From Mobula hypostoma (lineage: Eukaryota), in the NCBI RefSeq assembly GCF_963921235.1, contig NC_086100.1, forward strand, positions 200,572,001 through 200,636,000: DNA of 64,000 nt, given 5' to 3'. Positions within the stretch are counted from its first letter, which is position 1; each line of letters starts with the position of its first letter. Both the position numbers and the translations under genes were made by a program. Shown one piece after another: positions 27,101 through 42,100 of this stretch. The notes beneath the pieces were generated by a model. The model did not search any database, had not been told where the DNA came from, and saw only the letters and a list, made by a program, of their open reading frames with translations.

Positions 27101-30100
27101 TGGTCCTCTTGCAGCCATATCTCTGTTATTCCCACAACATCATACTTGCCAGTTTCCAACTGAGCCTCAAGCTCATCCACTTTATTTCTTATACTCCATG
27201 CATTCATATATAATACTTTTAATCCATTTAAAGTAATTCTTTTACTCCCCTCACCTTTCACATCGATTCCTATTGCACTTGGCCATATGCTCCGATCACT
27301 TCCTGAGCTTTCTGCCCGGTTAATTCTGTTGTCTTTCTTAACTTTTTTTATTCTCTCTTTCCCTTTAACTTCTTCCTTATATTTCCTCCCCTCCCCCCCC
27401 CCCCCCCCCCACTACTTAGTTTAAACACACCCATGTAGCAGTGGCAAACCTGCCTGCCAGAATACTGGTCCCCCGTCTGTTAAGATGCAACCTGTCCCTT
27501 CTGTACAATTCATCCTTACCCCAAAACAGATCCCAGTGGTCCAAGAATCTAAATCCCTGCCTCCCACACCAGCTCCTCAGCCACACATTCAGATCCCCAA
27601 TCTCCGTGTTCCTGCCCTCACCAGCACAAGGAACTGGAAGCAAACTGGAGATAACCGCCCTGGAGGTCCTGCTTTTCAGCCTTCTTCCGAGTTCTCTGAA
27701 GTCACGCTGCAGAACTTCTTTCCTCTTCCTCCCGGATTCATTTGTGCCGACATGCAGTACCACTCCTGGCTGTTCACCTTCACCTTTGAGGATGCCCTGC
27801 AATCGGTCTGTGACATCCTGGATCCTGGCACCAGGGAGGCAACACACCATCCTTAAACCCCGCCTGTTGCCGCAGAAACCCCTTTCTGTACCTCTCAATA
27901 GCCATATCCTTCCATTTTCTTCACATTCATGTGCCTATCTAAATGTCTCTTCAGTCTCAAATGTATCTGTCTCTACCCTTACCCCAGGCAGTGCATTCCA
28001 GCCAGCCACCAAATATGTTTTTATAGAAAACCTGCCCCTCACATCTCCTTTGAAATTACACCCCTCACCTTAAGTGCATGACCTCTGGTATCAGAAGGTA
28101 TTTTTCATGGCTCATTCTAGCCAATTTCTACAGGAGCTCCATCGAGAGTGTCCTAACCAGCTGCATCACCTTCTGGTGTAGAAATTGCAAGGTATCTGAC
28201 TGTAAATCCCTACAAAGAATTGTGAGGACTCTTGAGAGCATCATCAGGGTTTCTCTTCTACCTGTCAGAGATGTTTAACAGATGTGCTGCATACACAGGG
28301 CCCTGATTTCTCCCAACCATCCAACAATCTCTTTGACCCCCCCCCCCCCCCACCATCAGGCAAGGGGTACTGTAGCATTATGACAAAAGCTGTTCGGATG
28401 GGAAACAGCTTCTTCCCCCAGGCTGTGAGACTGCTGAACTTCCCTGTGTCACGTATGAAGCACCAGTACAGTAGCATTATACTATTTACTTTTTAACTTG
28501 TATCATAAATGCCCCTTGTTAATTTGTTAATTTATTTCTGGTAATATTACTTTATGTGTTGTGTGTGAGTTATACGTATTGTGCTGTGCACCTTGTTCTG
28601 GAGGAATGTTGTTTTGTTTGGTGGTATATATGTGTATGGTTGAATGATAGTAAACTGAACTTGAATTCTTGAGAGGTAGTTGCAGACACTTTCAGTAAAG
28701 TGGTTAATTTAAAAAGAAATTGAATGGAGGAGCCAGAATCTGTTACTTACTGAAATGAGTGTGTTGATGTTGCCAGTACACTGACTGTGTGTGTCCTGTC
28801 CTTCCAGATGTATGAATCAGATGGCTCCATCATGGTCTACTGGCATGCAATGGATACCCCAGAAGCACAAACAGGTAACAGCGTGGGCTGTTCAGAATGT
28901 ACGCTGATGCAGTGACAGGGTTTCTAGAGAATGGCAATGGAACTCCTCTTCACTGTCCCTCTCATCGATCAGGAGAGCAATCGACATTAAATAAACAGGC
29001 AACAGCAGTCTCTGCGGGGGAGGGTGGACCCACCTTCCACAGCAGCGTCCTGTGAGTGAGTGTATGAGACCCTCTGACTGATGTGCAGGGAAGGGCTGTG
29101 GGAACAGTTCAGCCTGCATCGACACTCATTTCTAACCCACCTTCCCTGCTGGACCCTTCCACAGCAGCGTCCTGTGAGTGAGTGTACGAGACCCTCTGAC
29201 TGATGTGCAGGGAAGGGCTGTGGGAACAGTTCAGCCTGCATCGACACTCATTTCTAACTGAGACGTATTATCAGCACAGCGGCACCAACGGCCGGGTTCA
29301 ATCTCTGCTGCTGTTTGTAAGGAGTTTGTACATTCTCCCAATGACTGTGTGGGTTTCCACCAGGTGCTCCAGTTTCCTCCCACATTCCAAAAACATACAG
29401 GTTAGTAGGTTAATTGGGTCTAATTAGGCAGTGTGCGTTCATTGGACCAGAAGGGCTTGTTAATGTACTGCCTCTAAATAAAAATAAAGCTCGTTGCTTG
29501 ATTCTCATTGAGACTGCATTCAGGAACTTGCCCACTCATCTTTGTGAGAAAGCTTGCAATGGGTCAAGATGGAAGCTCAGCACACACTGAGAGCGCTGAA
29601 GGCATGGCTATGGTCGCTGGCTTTGCTGGCGAGACCCACATCATGTAAACCTGACAGAGTGCCAATGCCACTTTCGTTTCGAGCAGCAATTGGCCAATTA
29701 CAACTACTCAAGCCTAGTGGTCGTATTTTGGCAATAACTTCCTCTTAAACTGTAAGTCAGAAACAGATTTTGCAGATGCTGGAGGAATTCAGCGAGTTCA
29801 GATTCAGATTAATTTGCCACATGTATGTACGTTAACAACCAGCACACCAGGGGTGTGCTGGGGGCAGCCTGCAAGTGTCGCCAGCCTAGTATACCCACAA
29901 TGCTCAGCTGCAATGTTCCATCCTGGTCTAGGGTCTCGACCCAACACATCGACTGATTTTTCCTCTCCATAGAAGCTGCCTGACCTGCTGAATTCCTCCA
30001 GCATTTTATGTTTGTCACCCTTGAACTGCAAGCTTTCTCCCACCTTTCAAATTGTCCATGTTCTCATTCAGCAGATGGGGGTAGTTCTGTTGTAGGGGTT

Positions 30101-33100
30101 GGAATGGGATGCCTTTTGCATTCACACTGTTTATGCGGAGACAAGGGACAATGTCCTCGATATTCTAATGGCAAATTCCTTTCTTCCCCAATGTCAACAG
30201 ATGCTGTTTTTGCCCGGGGTATTGCAGCAACGAGGAGTAACTACATCTGTGTGGGTATGTACTGCTCTCTGCATTACACAGAACATTCAGCCTGTCCTAT
30301 TCATGCTACACGCACGCTAATCCTTATAGTCACTCTTTCTTCACCCACCTATCCACCCGTTCTTTTTGGTGACATCAAGTCGAGCTTATTGTCATTTAAC
30401 TATTTACATGTATATAACGTATATGACTATATAAAGTATACAGAAATGAGACAATGTTTCTCCAAAACAATGTGTAAAGCACAGTGTCTCTGCTCAGTTG
30501 CTGTTTCTAGTAATGCATTTCATTGCTGTCCTACCTCTGTCATCTGTGAAATTACTCCCTGCCCCAAGTCCTTTATTAGAGAGAAATGGATCAGCCATGA
30601 TGAGCAGACTCAATGGGCCAAATGGCCTAACTCTGCTCTCATGTCTTACAATCCTTGTCTTTTATTTTTCACTTTCTGTTTCTGTAGAAGATAATAAATC
30701 AACCATGATGGAGTGGTGGAGCAGAGTCGATGGACCAAATGGCCTAATTCTGCCAATGGCTTGTGTTCTGATTGTCTTAAACAGTTTTTCTAATGTATTG
30801 TAGCAATGGCACTAGAGTACACTTTTGACAAGGGTTCCTGTCCCTGTTCATACGTAAATTGCATTGTTATTGTCACATGTATAGAGGTACAGTGAAAAAC
30901 ATTTTATTCTGTACACCATCCAGACAGATCATTTCATCACATCCATACATCAAGGTAGCACAAGGGAAAAGCAGTAACAGAATGCATTATAAAGTGGTAC
31001 AGTTACAGAGAAAGTGCAGTGCAGGCAAACAATAAGGTGCAAGGTAGATTGGGAAGTCAGAAGTCTACTTTAGACTGGAGGACCGTTCAATAGCCTTATA
31101 AGAGGCTCTCCTTGAGGCTGGTGGAACATGTTTCCAACTCTGGAAGTGTGGGGGTTCGGGAAAAAAGAAAGAATGTCTGGGGTGGGTCAGAGTACTTGAT
31201 TATGTTGGCTGTTTTACTGAGGCAGCAAGAAGTTTAGACGGAGTCCATGGAGGGGAAGCTGGTTTCTGTGATGTTTCAAGCTATGTCATTAGCCTTCTGC
31301 AATTTCTAGCAGTCCTGGGCAAGGGGGTTTCTGTACTAAGCCATTATGCAGAGTCCATGGAGGGGAGGCTGGTTTCTTAGATGTGCTGAGCCGTGTCTAT
31401 AACCCTCTGCAGTCACGGGCAAAGCGGTTTCTGTACGAAGCCAAGAGGATACAGAGGCGCTGGTGAGCTTTCTTGGCATGCTGCCTATGTGGTCAGATCA
31501 GGACAGGCTATTGGTGATGTTAAACACAAAAAAATTCTGCAGATCCTAGAAATCCAAAGCAAAACACCCACAAAATGAAGGAAGAATTCATTAGGCCAGG
31601 CAGCATCTATGCAAATGAAGAAACAGTTGATGTTTCGGTCTGAGATCCTTCTTCAGGACGGTGATGTTTACTCCTAGGAATTTAAAACTCTCAATCCTCT
31701 ATAGATCTGAGCACCAGGAGCATGTGCACCACTAACCACCCCACACTCCCCTTTCTGAAGTCACTGACTTTTGTTTGCTGACATTGATTAAGGTTGTTAT
31801 AACACCTTGTTTCTAAGCTCGCAATCTCCTATATGTGCTCCAACTCATTCCCACTACAGTGATATCATCTGCAAACTTATAGGTAGAGCTAGAGCAGAAC
31901 CTGGCCTTGCAGTCACGAGTGTGTAGGGGGAGAGTAGGGGTTGCGGACACAGCCCCGTGGAGTGCCAGTGTTGAGGATAACTGTGGTGGAGGTGTTGCTG
32001 CTTATCCTTGCTGATGTCAGTGTGTTGGTCGAAAAGTCGAAGATCCAGCTGCAGAGAGAGGCGTAATCTGTTCTGGGTAGAATTGACAGCACTTCTCCCT
32101 CTGTTGGTCTATTCTTTTATTGATCCATTTTATTTAGAAATACAGCACAGTAACAGACACTTGCAGCCCAACTAACCCGTGGCACCCAATTACACCATGT
32201 GGCTAGTTAACCTACTAACCCATACATTTTTGGAAGGTGGGAGGAAACCAGAGCACATGGAGGAAAGTCACGGAGAGAAGGTACAAACTCCATACTCAGA
32301 GCAGCAGGAATTGAACCTGAGTTGATGGTGCTGTAATAGTGTTACACTAACTGCTATGCTACTGTGCCAACTCAATTCTTATAAAGCTAATCTGAGGAAC
32401 TAGACTCGTCCGTGGCAATCTCCATCATGGCTAATTTATTAACCCTCTCAATCTCATTGAAACCAAATTGATGTAACTGCTATCTGTATCTGAAATACAC
32501 ATATCCCACCATATCCTTAATGTTTGACACTCATTGTCTGTGGGTTGAACTCTGCTAGTTGTTGATGGGCACCACTCAACTGAGCGACCTGTTTTGTTCT
32601 GTTGTCCCACATGGCATGGTAGTTGTCATCTCTGTCTCAGTCTCCCGACTAAGCACTGCTTGTGTCATCTCTGCCAGTTGATTACAGTCTGCTGACCCTG
32701 ATGTTACTCTGGGCCTCCAGCTATCAGTGACAACATAGTTCAACTCCAAACAATTGGGGTTAGACCATAAGACAAAGGAGCAGAATTAGTTCATTCGGCT
32801 CATTGAGTCTGCTCCACCGATGCATCATGGCTGAATTACTATCCCTCTCAACCCCATACGCCGGCCTTCTCCCCATAACCTTGGACGCTCTATCAACCTC
32901 CACTTTAAATATATTTCATGATTTGACCTATCAAGAACCAATCAACGTCCTCTTTAAAAATACTTAATCACTTGGCTCCACAGCCACCCATGGCAATGAA
33001 TTCCAGATTAACTACCCTCTGACGAAAGGAATTCCCCCTGATGTCTATTTCAAATGGACACACCTCTAATCTGAGGCTGTGCCTTCGGTCCTAGACTCAC

Positions 33101-36100
33101 CCACTATAGGAAACGTCCTCCCCATATCCACTCTGTCTGGACCTGTCAATATTCAATAGGCTTCAATGAGATCCTTCCCTCATTCTTCTAAACTCCAGCA
33201 GGTACAGGCCCAGAGCAATCAAATGCTCCTCTTTCATTAAACTTTTCATACCCAGGACCATTCCAAATCAAACACATATTTTCTCAGATAAAGGCCCGAA
33301 AATGCTCACAATACGCCATGCAGCCTTATAAAACCTCACCATTACATCCTTGCTTTTATGAGAATCAGGCTTATTATCACTGGCATGTGTCATGAAATTT
33401 GTTAATTTAGCAGCGGCACTACAATAAAATTCATGATAATATAAAAAGGAAAAATATATTAATAATTTAATAAATTGGTTACAGTGTTGAATTGAATTGG
33501 CTTTATTTCTTACATCCTTCACATACATGAGGAGTAAAAATCTTTGTTACATCTCTGTCTAAATGTGCAATGTGCAATCATAGTAATTTATAATAAATGG
33601 AACAGTCAATGTAACATAGAAATACACTCAAATCAGCGTGTTAATCAGTCTGGTGGCCTGGTGGAAGAAGCTGTCCGGAGCCTGTTGGTCCCGGCTTTTA
33701 TGCTGCAGTACTGTGGATGGTAGCAGCTGGAATAGATTGTGGTTGGGGTGACTCGGTTCCCCAATGATCGTTCAGGCCCTTTTCTCACACCTGTCTTTGT
33801 AAATGTCCTGAATAATGGGATGTTCACAACTGCAGATGTGTTGAGCTGTCCGCACCACTCTCTGCAGAGTCCTGCGATTGAGTGAAATATAGTTCCCATA
33901 CCTGGCAGTGATGCGGCCAGTCAGGAGACTCTCAATTGTGCCCCTGTGGAAAGTTCTTAGGATTTGGGGGCCCATACCAAACTTGCTCAACTGTCTGAGG
34001 TGAAAGAAGCACTGTTGTGCCTTTTTCATCGCACAGCTGGAGTGTACAGACCATGTGAGGTCCTTGGTGATGTGGATGACAAGGAACTTAAAGCTGTTTA
34101 CCCTCTCAATCCCAGATCCATTGATGTCAGTAGGGGTTAGCCTGTCTCCATTTCCCCTGTAATCCACAACCAGCTCCTTTGTTTTTGTGACATTGAGGGA
34201 GAGGTTGTTTTCTTGAGATTAGGCCAATCAATGTAGTGTCGTCAGCAAATTTAATTAACAGATTAGAGCTGTGGGTGTACAGGGAGTAAAGGAGTGGACT
34301 TAGTACACAGCCTTGAGGGGCTCCTGTGTTGAGAGTCAGAGGGGTGGAGGTGATTCTTACCACCTGCCGGTGATCTGACAGGTAAGTATATAAATATATA
34401 TTGAATAAATTAAAACAGTGCAAAAACAGAAATAATATATATTTTTAAAAAAGTGAGGTAGTGTTCATATGTTCAATGACCATTTGAGAATTGTGTGGCA
34501 GAGGGGAAGAAGCTGTTCCTGAATCACTGAGTGTGTGCCTTCAGGCTCCTGTACCTCCTTCCTGATGGCAGCAGTGAGAAGAGGGTATGTCCTGGGTGAT
34601 GGGGGTCCTTAATAATGGAGGCCCAAGCAGCGTCAGGAGCAGAGCACTTTGAAGAGGTTACTTGCAGGTCGGCGGAGCTTGTTATAAAAGGAGAGCTTTG
34701 TGGGTGTTTGGGAGGTCAAAACAGTGTTGGAAGCTGAGCACTGTGAATTAAGTAAAAGTACAGAAGGGCCGTTGGTGTGCCATTGTTGGGAGTAGTCCAG
34801 CAGTGAGACGAGGAGCATCAGGCTTTAACTCAAGAGGCTTCGATGAGGCTGAGGCCAAAGAAGCAGGTTAGAAGATTTGGTCTTGGTTGTCCATTGTACA
34901 GTGAAGGCAGGATGGCAGACATGGCAGTGGAACGTTCCTCCTGTAGGATGTGGGAATTCATGGAACCTGATAGTCTCCCTGATGACTACACCTGTGGGAA
35001 GTGCAGACAACTCCAGCTCCTGAAAGACCGCACTAAGGAGCTGGACCTGAAGTTGGGTGAACTTAGGATCATCCGGGAGGCAGAGCATTTGATAGATACG
35101 ACTTTTGAGCAGGTGGCTACACCCAGAGTGCAGAATTCAGGGAGTAGATGGGTGAACACCGAGAGAGGTAAAGGGAGAAAGAAGTCAGTACAGGGTCCCC
35201 CTGTGGCCATTCCCCTCAGTAACTGGTTTACCCCTTTGGATATTGCTGTGGGGGGGGGGGTGGGGTGACCTATCTGGACGAGGCAGCTGCATCCAGACCA
35301 GTAGCACTGTGGTTGCATCTGAGCCTCAGCAGAAAGGTTGGGTGAAGTCAGGTGGAGCAATAGTAATAGGAGACATGATAGTTATGGGGACAGATAGGAG
35401 ATCCTGTGGCAGCAAAAGAAACGCCAGGATAGTGTGTTACCTCTTGCATGTTAGGACCCAGAATGTCTCTGAGCAGTTGCAGAATATCCTTGAATGGGAG
35501 GGTGAGCAGCTGGAGGAAATAGGGGAGCTAGAAGGGGCTATGAGGAGGCCTGGTGAGCAGGATTAAGGAAAAATCCCCAAAGCATTCTACAAGTATGTGA
35601 AGAGCAAGAGGATGAACCGTATGAAAATAGGACCTCTTAGGTGCAATAGTGGAAACATGCATGGTGGTAGCAGAGGTACTTAATGAATACTTTGCCTCAG
35701 TATTCACCAGTGAAAAGGACTTTGGCAATTGTGGGGATGACTTACAACGGACTGAAATGCTTGAGTGTATAGACATTAAGAAAGAGGATGTGCTGGGACT
35801 TCTGAATGGTATTAAGTTAGATAAGGTGCCGGAACCGGACAAGATATACCCCGGGGAACTGTGAGAAGCAAGGGAGGAGATTGCTGAGTCTTTGGCGATG
35901 ATCTTTGCATCATCAATGAGGACGAGAGAAGTACTGGAGGATTGGAAGGTTGCAAACATATTTCCTTCGTTCAAGAAAGGGAGTAGAGATAGCCCAGGAA
36001 ATTATAGACCAGTGAGTCTTACCTCAGTGGTGAGCAAGTTGTTGGAGAAGATCCTGAGAGGCAGGATTTATGAGCATTTGGAGAGACATAATGTGATTAG

Positions 36101-39100
36101 AGATAGTCAGCATGGCTTTGTCAAGGGCAGGTCGTGCCTTACAAGTCTGATTGGATTCTTTGAGGATGTAACACAACACATTGATGGAGGTAGAACAGTG
36201 GATATAGTGTATATGAATTTCAGTAAGGCATTTAATAAGGTTCCCCATGCAAGGCTCATTCAGAAAGTAATGAGGCATGGGTTCCAAGGGGACCTTGCTT
36301 TATGGATCCAGAATTGGCTTGCCCACAGAAGGCAAAGTGTGATTGTAGATGGTTCGTATTCTGCGTGGAGGATGGTGACCAGTGGTGTTCTGCAGGGATC
36401 TGCTCTGGGACGACTCCTCTTTGTAATTTTTATAAATAACCTGGATGGATGAGGAAGTAGAAGGGTGGGTTAGTAAGTTTGCTAAGGACACAAAGGTTGG
36501 AGGTGTTGTGGATAGTCTGGGTTGTCAGAGGTAACAGTGGGACATCGATAGGATGTAGAACTGGGCTGAGAAGTGGCAGATGGAGTTCAACTCAGATAAG
36601 TGTGAAGTGATTCATTTTGGTAGGTCAAATTTGAAGATGGAATATAATATTAATGGTGAGACTCTTGGCAGTGTGGAGGATCAGCGAGACCTTGGGTCCA
36701 AGTCCACAGAACACTCAAATCTGCTGGGCAGGTTGACATTGTTGTTAAGAAGGCATATGGTATGTTGGCCTTCATCAACTGTGGGATTGAGTTCAAGAGT
36801 CATGAGGTAATGTTACAGATATGTAAGATCTTAGACTCTGCTTAGAGTACTATGTTCAGTTTTGGTCACCTCATTACAGGAGGGATGTGGATACCATCGA
36901 GAGAATGCAGAGGTTTACAAGGATTTTGCCTGGATTGGAGAGCATGCCTTATAAGAATAGCTTGAGTGAATTTGGCCTTTTCTCCCTGGAGCAACAGAGG
37001 ATGAGAGGTGACTTGTGTAAGATGATGAGAGGCATTGATCGTGTGGATAGCCAGAGGCTTTTTCCCAGGGCTGAAATGACTAACATGAGGGGGCATAGTT
37101 GTAAGGTGCTTGGAAGGAGATAAAAGGGGGATGTCAGAGGTGAGTTTTTCACACAGAGAGTGGTGGGTGCATGGACTGCACTGCCAGTGATGGTGGTAGA
37201 GGCGGATACAATAGGGTCTTTTAAGAGACTCGTCAATTGTACTTGGAGCTTAGAAAAATAGAGGGCTATGCGGTAGGGAAATTCTAGGCAGTTTCTAGAG
37301 TACATAGTCACCATAACATTGTAGGTTTCTATGTTTCTATGTCTCTATATTTTTAATGTAGCTTTTCTGAGGCGTCACTCCTTGAAGATATATTGGATAC
37401 TATGGAGGCTAGTACCAAGATGGAACTGACTAATTTGACAACTTTCTGCAGCATCTTACGGACCTATGCAGTAGTAACCCCCCCCCCCCCCGCCATACCA
37501 GACAGTAATTCAGCCTGTCAGAATGCTCTTCACGGTACAGCTATAGAAGTTTTAGAGTGTTTTCATTAACAACCCAAAACTCTTCAAACTCTTAATGAAA
37601 TCTAGCTGCTGTCTTGCCTTCTTTATAGCTGCATCAATATTTAGGGACCAGGGTAGATCCTCAGAGATCTTGACATCCAGGAGCTTGAAATTGCTCTGTC
37701 TCCACCTGATCCCTCTATGGATTGATTGTGTTCCAATGTCTTGCCCTTCCTGAGGTACACAATCAGCTCTTTCATCTGACTGACATTAAGTGCAAGGTTG
37801 TTGCTGCAGCACCACTCAGCTAACTAGTGTATCTCACTCCTGTATGCCTACTCATTACCATCTGAGATTCTACCAACAATAGTACTACAGTGTATTATTA
37901 GTAAATTTATAGATAGTATTTGAGCTATACCTAGCTATACAGTCATAGGTATAGAGAGAGTAGAGCAGTGGGCTAAGCACACACCCCTGAGGTGTGTCAG
38001 TGTTGATTGCCAGCAAGGAGGAGATACAATCACAAATCTGCTCAGATTGTGGTCTTCTGGTTAGGAAGGTGAGGATCCAATTGCAGAGTGAGGTACAGAG
38101 GCCCAGGGCTATGGGAATTCTAGTTCACTTGAAAGGAGTGTTTTGCCTGCAAGTTAACCCTTAAGGAATCCTGCACAAGGATTCCCATGTCCCTTTGTAC
38201 CTCCCCCCCCATTTAGAAAATAGTCTATCCCTTTATTCCTTCTACCAAAGTGCACTACCATGCACTTCCCTACACTATATTCCATTTGTCATATCTTTGA
38301 CATTTCTCCCAATTGGTCTAAGATTTTCTGCTAACTCTCTGCTTCCTCAACACTACTTGCCCCACTACCTATCTTTGTATTGTCCGTAAACTTGACCACA
38401 AAACTATCAATTCCGTCATCCAAATCATTCACATATAATACGAAGAGAAGCAGTCCCGACTCTGACCCCTGTAGAACACCATTAGTCACTGGCAGCCAAC
38501 CAGAAAAGGCTCCCTTTATTCCCATTCTTTGTCTCCCACCAGTCAGCCAATCTTCTATCTTTACTGTAATACCATGGGCTGTTATCTTGTTAAACAGCTT
38601 CATGTGGGGCACTTTGTCAAAGACCTTCTCAAAATACATGTAAGCAACATAATGTGACTCGAGACTTGTTTCCTCAAAAACTTCCAACAAATTTGTCAAG
38701 CAAGTTTTCTCCTTAAGGAAACCATGCTGACTTTGGCCTGTTTTATCATTCGGGGTATAAGTACCCCGAATCCTCATCCTTAATAATGGACTTCAAAATC
38801 TTCCCAACTGCTGAAGTCAGGCTAACTGACCTATAGTTTCCTTATTTCTGCCTCCTTCCTTTCCTGAAGAGTGCAGTGATATTTGCAGTTTTCCAGTCCT
38901 CTGGAATCATTCCAGAATCTAGTGATTCTTGAAAGATGATTACTGATGCCTTCACAATCTCTTCAGCTATTTTTTTTTGGAACCCTGGGGTGTAGTCCAT
39001 CTGGTCCAAGTGATTTATCCACCTTCAGACCTTTCAGTTTCCCAAGCACCTTCTCCTTATTAGTAGCAACAACACTTCTGCCCCATGACACACTCGAATT

Positions 39101-42100
39101 TTGGTACACTACTAGTGTCTTCCATAATGAAGACTGATGCAAAATACCTTAACAAGTTCCTCCTGCATTTCTTTTTCCCCCATTATTGTGTCTCCAGCAT
39201 AATTTTCTACCGATCCAGTATCCACTCTCACCTCTCTTTTACTCTTTATGTATTTGAAAAAGCTTTTGGTATCCTATCTGTTCCTAGGAAATATCATTTC
39301 AGACACTTCCCTCCCGTTTCTTGATCTCCCTGTCTCCATCTCTGGAGATATTCTGTCTACCGATACCGTAAGTTAAGAGCCCAGGAAAGATACTGGCATG
39401 GATGGAGCATTGGCTGATTGGCAGAAAGCAAAGTGTGGGAATAAAAGGAGCCTTTTCTGGTTTGCTGTCAGTGACTAGTGATTTCCCACAGGTGTCTGTG
39501 TTGGGACTGTCTCTTTTTACATAATGTGTTAATGATTTGGGTGAAGGAATTGGTGGGTTTGTGGCCTTGTTTGCAGATGATATGAAGATGAGTGGAGGGC
39601 CAGCTAGTTTTGAGGAAGCAGAGGTGCTACAGAGGGACTTCGACAGATTAGGAAAATAGGCAAAGAAGTGGCAGTTGGAGTAGAGTGTCGGAAAGTGTGT
39701 GGTCATGCACCTTGGAAGAAGAAATAAAAGCATAGACTATTTTCTAAATGGCAAGAAAATTTAAAAAATGAAGGTGCTAAAGGACTTGGGAGTCCTTGTG
39801 CTGGATTCCCTAAAGGTTAGTTTGCAGATTGAGTTGGTGGAAAGAAAGGCAAATACAATGTTAGCATTCATTTCGAGAGGACTAGAATACAAATGCAAGG
39901 AAGTAATGTTGAGGCAATGTAAGGAGTTTTGTGAACAGTTCAGGCTCCCTTATCTAAGAAAGGGTGTTCTGACATTGGAGAGAGTTCAAAGGTGATTCAC
40001 AAAAATGATTCCAGGATTGAAAGCCTTATCATGTGAGGAGTGTTTGATGGCCCTATGCCCAGACTTACCGGAATTCAGAAGAATAATGGCGATCTCTTTG
40101 AAAACTCTCGAATGTTGAAAGGCCTCAACAGAGTTGATGTAGATATGATGTTCCCTATGGTGGGTGAGTCTAAGACCAGAGGACGCAGCCCCAGAATAGT
40201 GAGGCATCCATTTAGAACAGAGATGAGCAATTTCTAAGTAAATTTGAAGAATTTGCTGCAACAGGTGATTGTGGAGGCCAAGTCGTTGGCTCTTTTCTTG
40301 CTGGTGCCATCAAGTAGAAGGTGCAAGAGCCTCAAGACTCACAACATGAGGTACAAAAAGAGCTACTAACCCACAACAATCAGCATCTCGAACAATGGGG
40401 ATAACTGTCAGGAGAGGGCAGGGGGAATGTCAGATAGTGGAGAGCACCCCTGTGGCCATCCCCCTCAACAATAAGTACTCCATTTTGAGTACTGTTGGAG
40501 GGGACGGGACGCCCTACCTGGGTGAAGCAGGAGTGGCTGTGCCTCTGCTGCTGGGTCTGGCCCTGTAGCTCAGAAGGGCAGGGAACTAAAAAGGGTGACA
40601 ACAGTAACAGAGGACTTTATTGTCAGGGACAGGTAGGCAATTCTATGGGCGTGAAGAGGAAACACGGATGGTAGTTTGCTTCCCAGGTGCCAGGGTACGC
40701 GAGGTTTCTGAATGCGTCCACGATATCCTGAACAGGGAAGGATGAGCAGCCAGAAGACGTGGTACATATTGGTACCAACAACATGGGTAGAAAAGGGCGG
40801 AGGTCCTGAAAAAAGAATACAGGGAATTAGGAAGGCTGCTGAGAAACAGGACGTCAAGAGTAGTAATCTCGGGATTGTGGCTTGTGCCACGTTACAGTGA
40901 GGATAGGAATAGAGTGAGGTGGCAGGTAAATATGTGGGTGAAGGATTGGAACAGAGGGCAGGGTTTCGTATTTCTGGATAACTGGGGCAGATAAGACCTG
41001 TATGACAGGGGCGGGTTCCACTTGAATCTGAAGGGGACCAATATTCTTATTGGAAGGTTAACTAGAGCTGTTGGGAGTGATTTAAACTAATATGGTGAGG
41101 GGATGCAAACCAGTATGAGCCAACAGCTTAACAAGTAGATGATAGATGTAACATGAATGTAAGAAAGGACAAGCCAATGATTGAGTATAAATGTAGACAG
41201 AGCAAAGTTAAGTTATACTACAGAGGCAAAATTCAAAAGGGTGAAGATTGCAGGTCTGAAGCTGTTGTATTTAAATGTGCATAGCATTCAGAATAAAGTG
41301 AATGAACTGGTAGTGCAGTTAGAGATTGGTTGGTATGACGTTGTGGGCATCTCTGAGTCATGCTTGAAAGAAGGCCATAGTTGGGAGCTTGACATCAAAG
41401 GATATACTTTGTATCGCAAGGTGTAGGCGGTGGTGTGTTTCTGTTGGTAAGAGATAGAATTACATTTTTAGAAAGAGGTGACATAGCGTCAGAGAATGTT
41501 GAATCTTTGTGGGTGGAGTTAGAAACATAGAAAACATAGAAACACAGAAAACCTACAGCACAATACAGGCCCTTCGGCCCACAAAGTTGTGCCAAACATG
41601 TCCCTACCTTAGAAATTACTAGGATTACCCATAGCCCTCTACTTTTCTAAGCTCCATGTACCGATCCATAAGTCTCTTAAAAGACCCTATCGTATCCGCC
41701 TCCACCACCGTTGCTGGCAGCCCATTCCACACACTCACCACTCTCTGAGTAAAAAACTTACCCCTGACATCTCCTCTGTACCTGCTTCCCAGCACCTTAA
41801 ACCTGTGTCCTCTTGTGGCAACCATTTCAGCCCTGGGAAAAAGCCTCCGACTATCCACACGACCAATGCCTCTCGTCATCTTATACACCTCTATCAGGTC
41901 ACCTCTCATCCTCCGTCACTCCAAGGAGAAAAGGCCAAGTTCACTCAACTCGTTTTCATAAGGCATGCTCCCCAATCCAGGCAACATCCTTGTAAATCTC
42001 CTCTGCACCCTTTCTATGGTTGAAACTGCAAGGGTGAAAAAACTATTATGAGAATCATATATAGGCCTCCAAATAGACAAGATATGAAGTTGAGATTGCA

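Noticed and set aside
29033..29258. CRISPR-like array or duplicated snoRNA
   Set aside because: There are only two long units in a eukaryotic intron, and no convincing C/D or H/ACA box layout with a terminal stem.
30008..30694. 228-aa ORF as an independent gene
   Set aside because: Only 30201-30254 is WDR54-like; the rest is intronic or repeat sequence open by chance.
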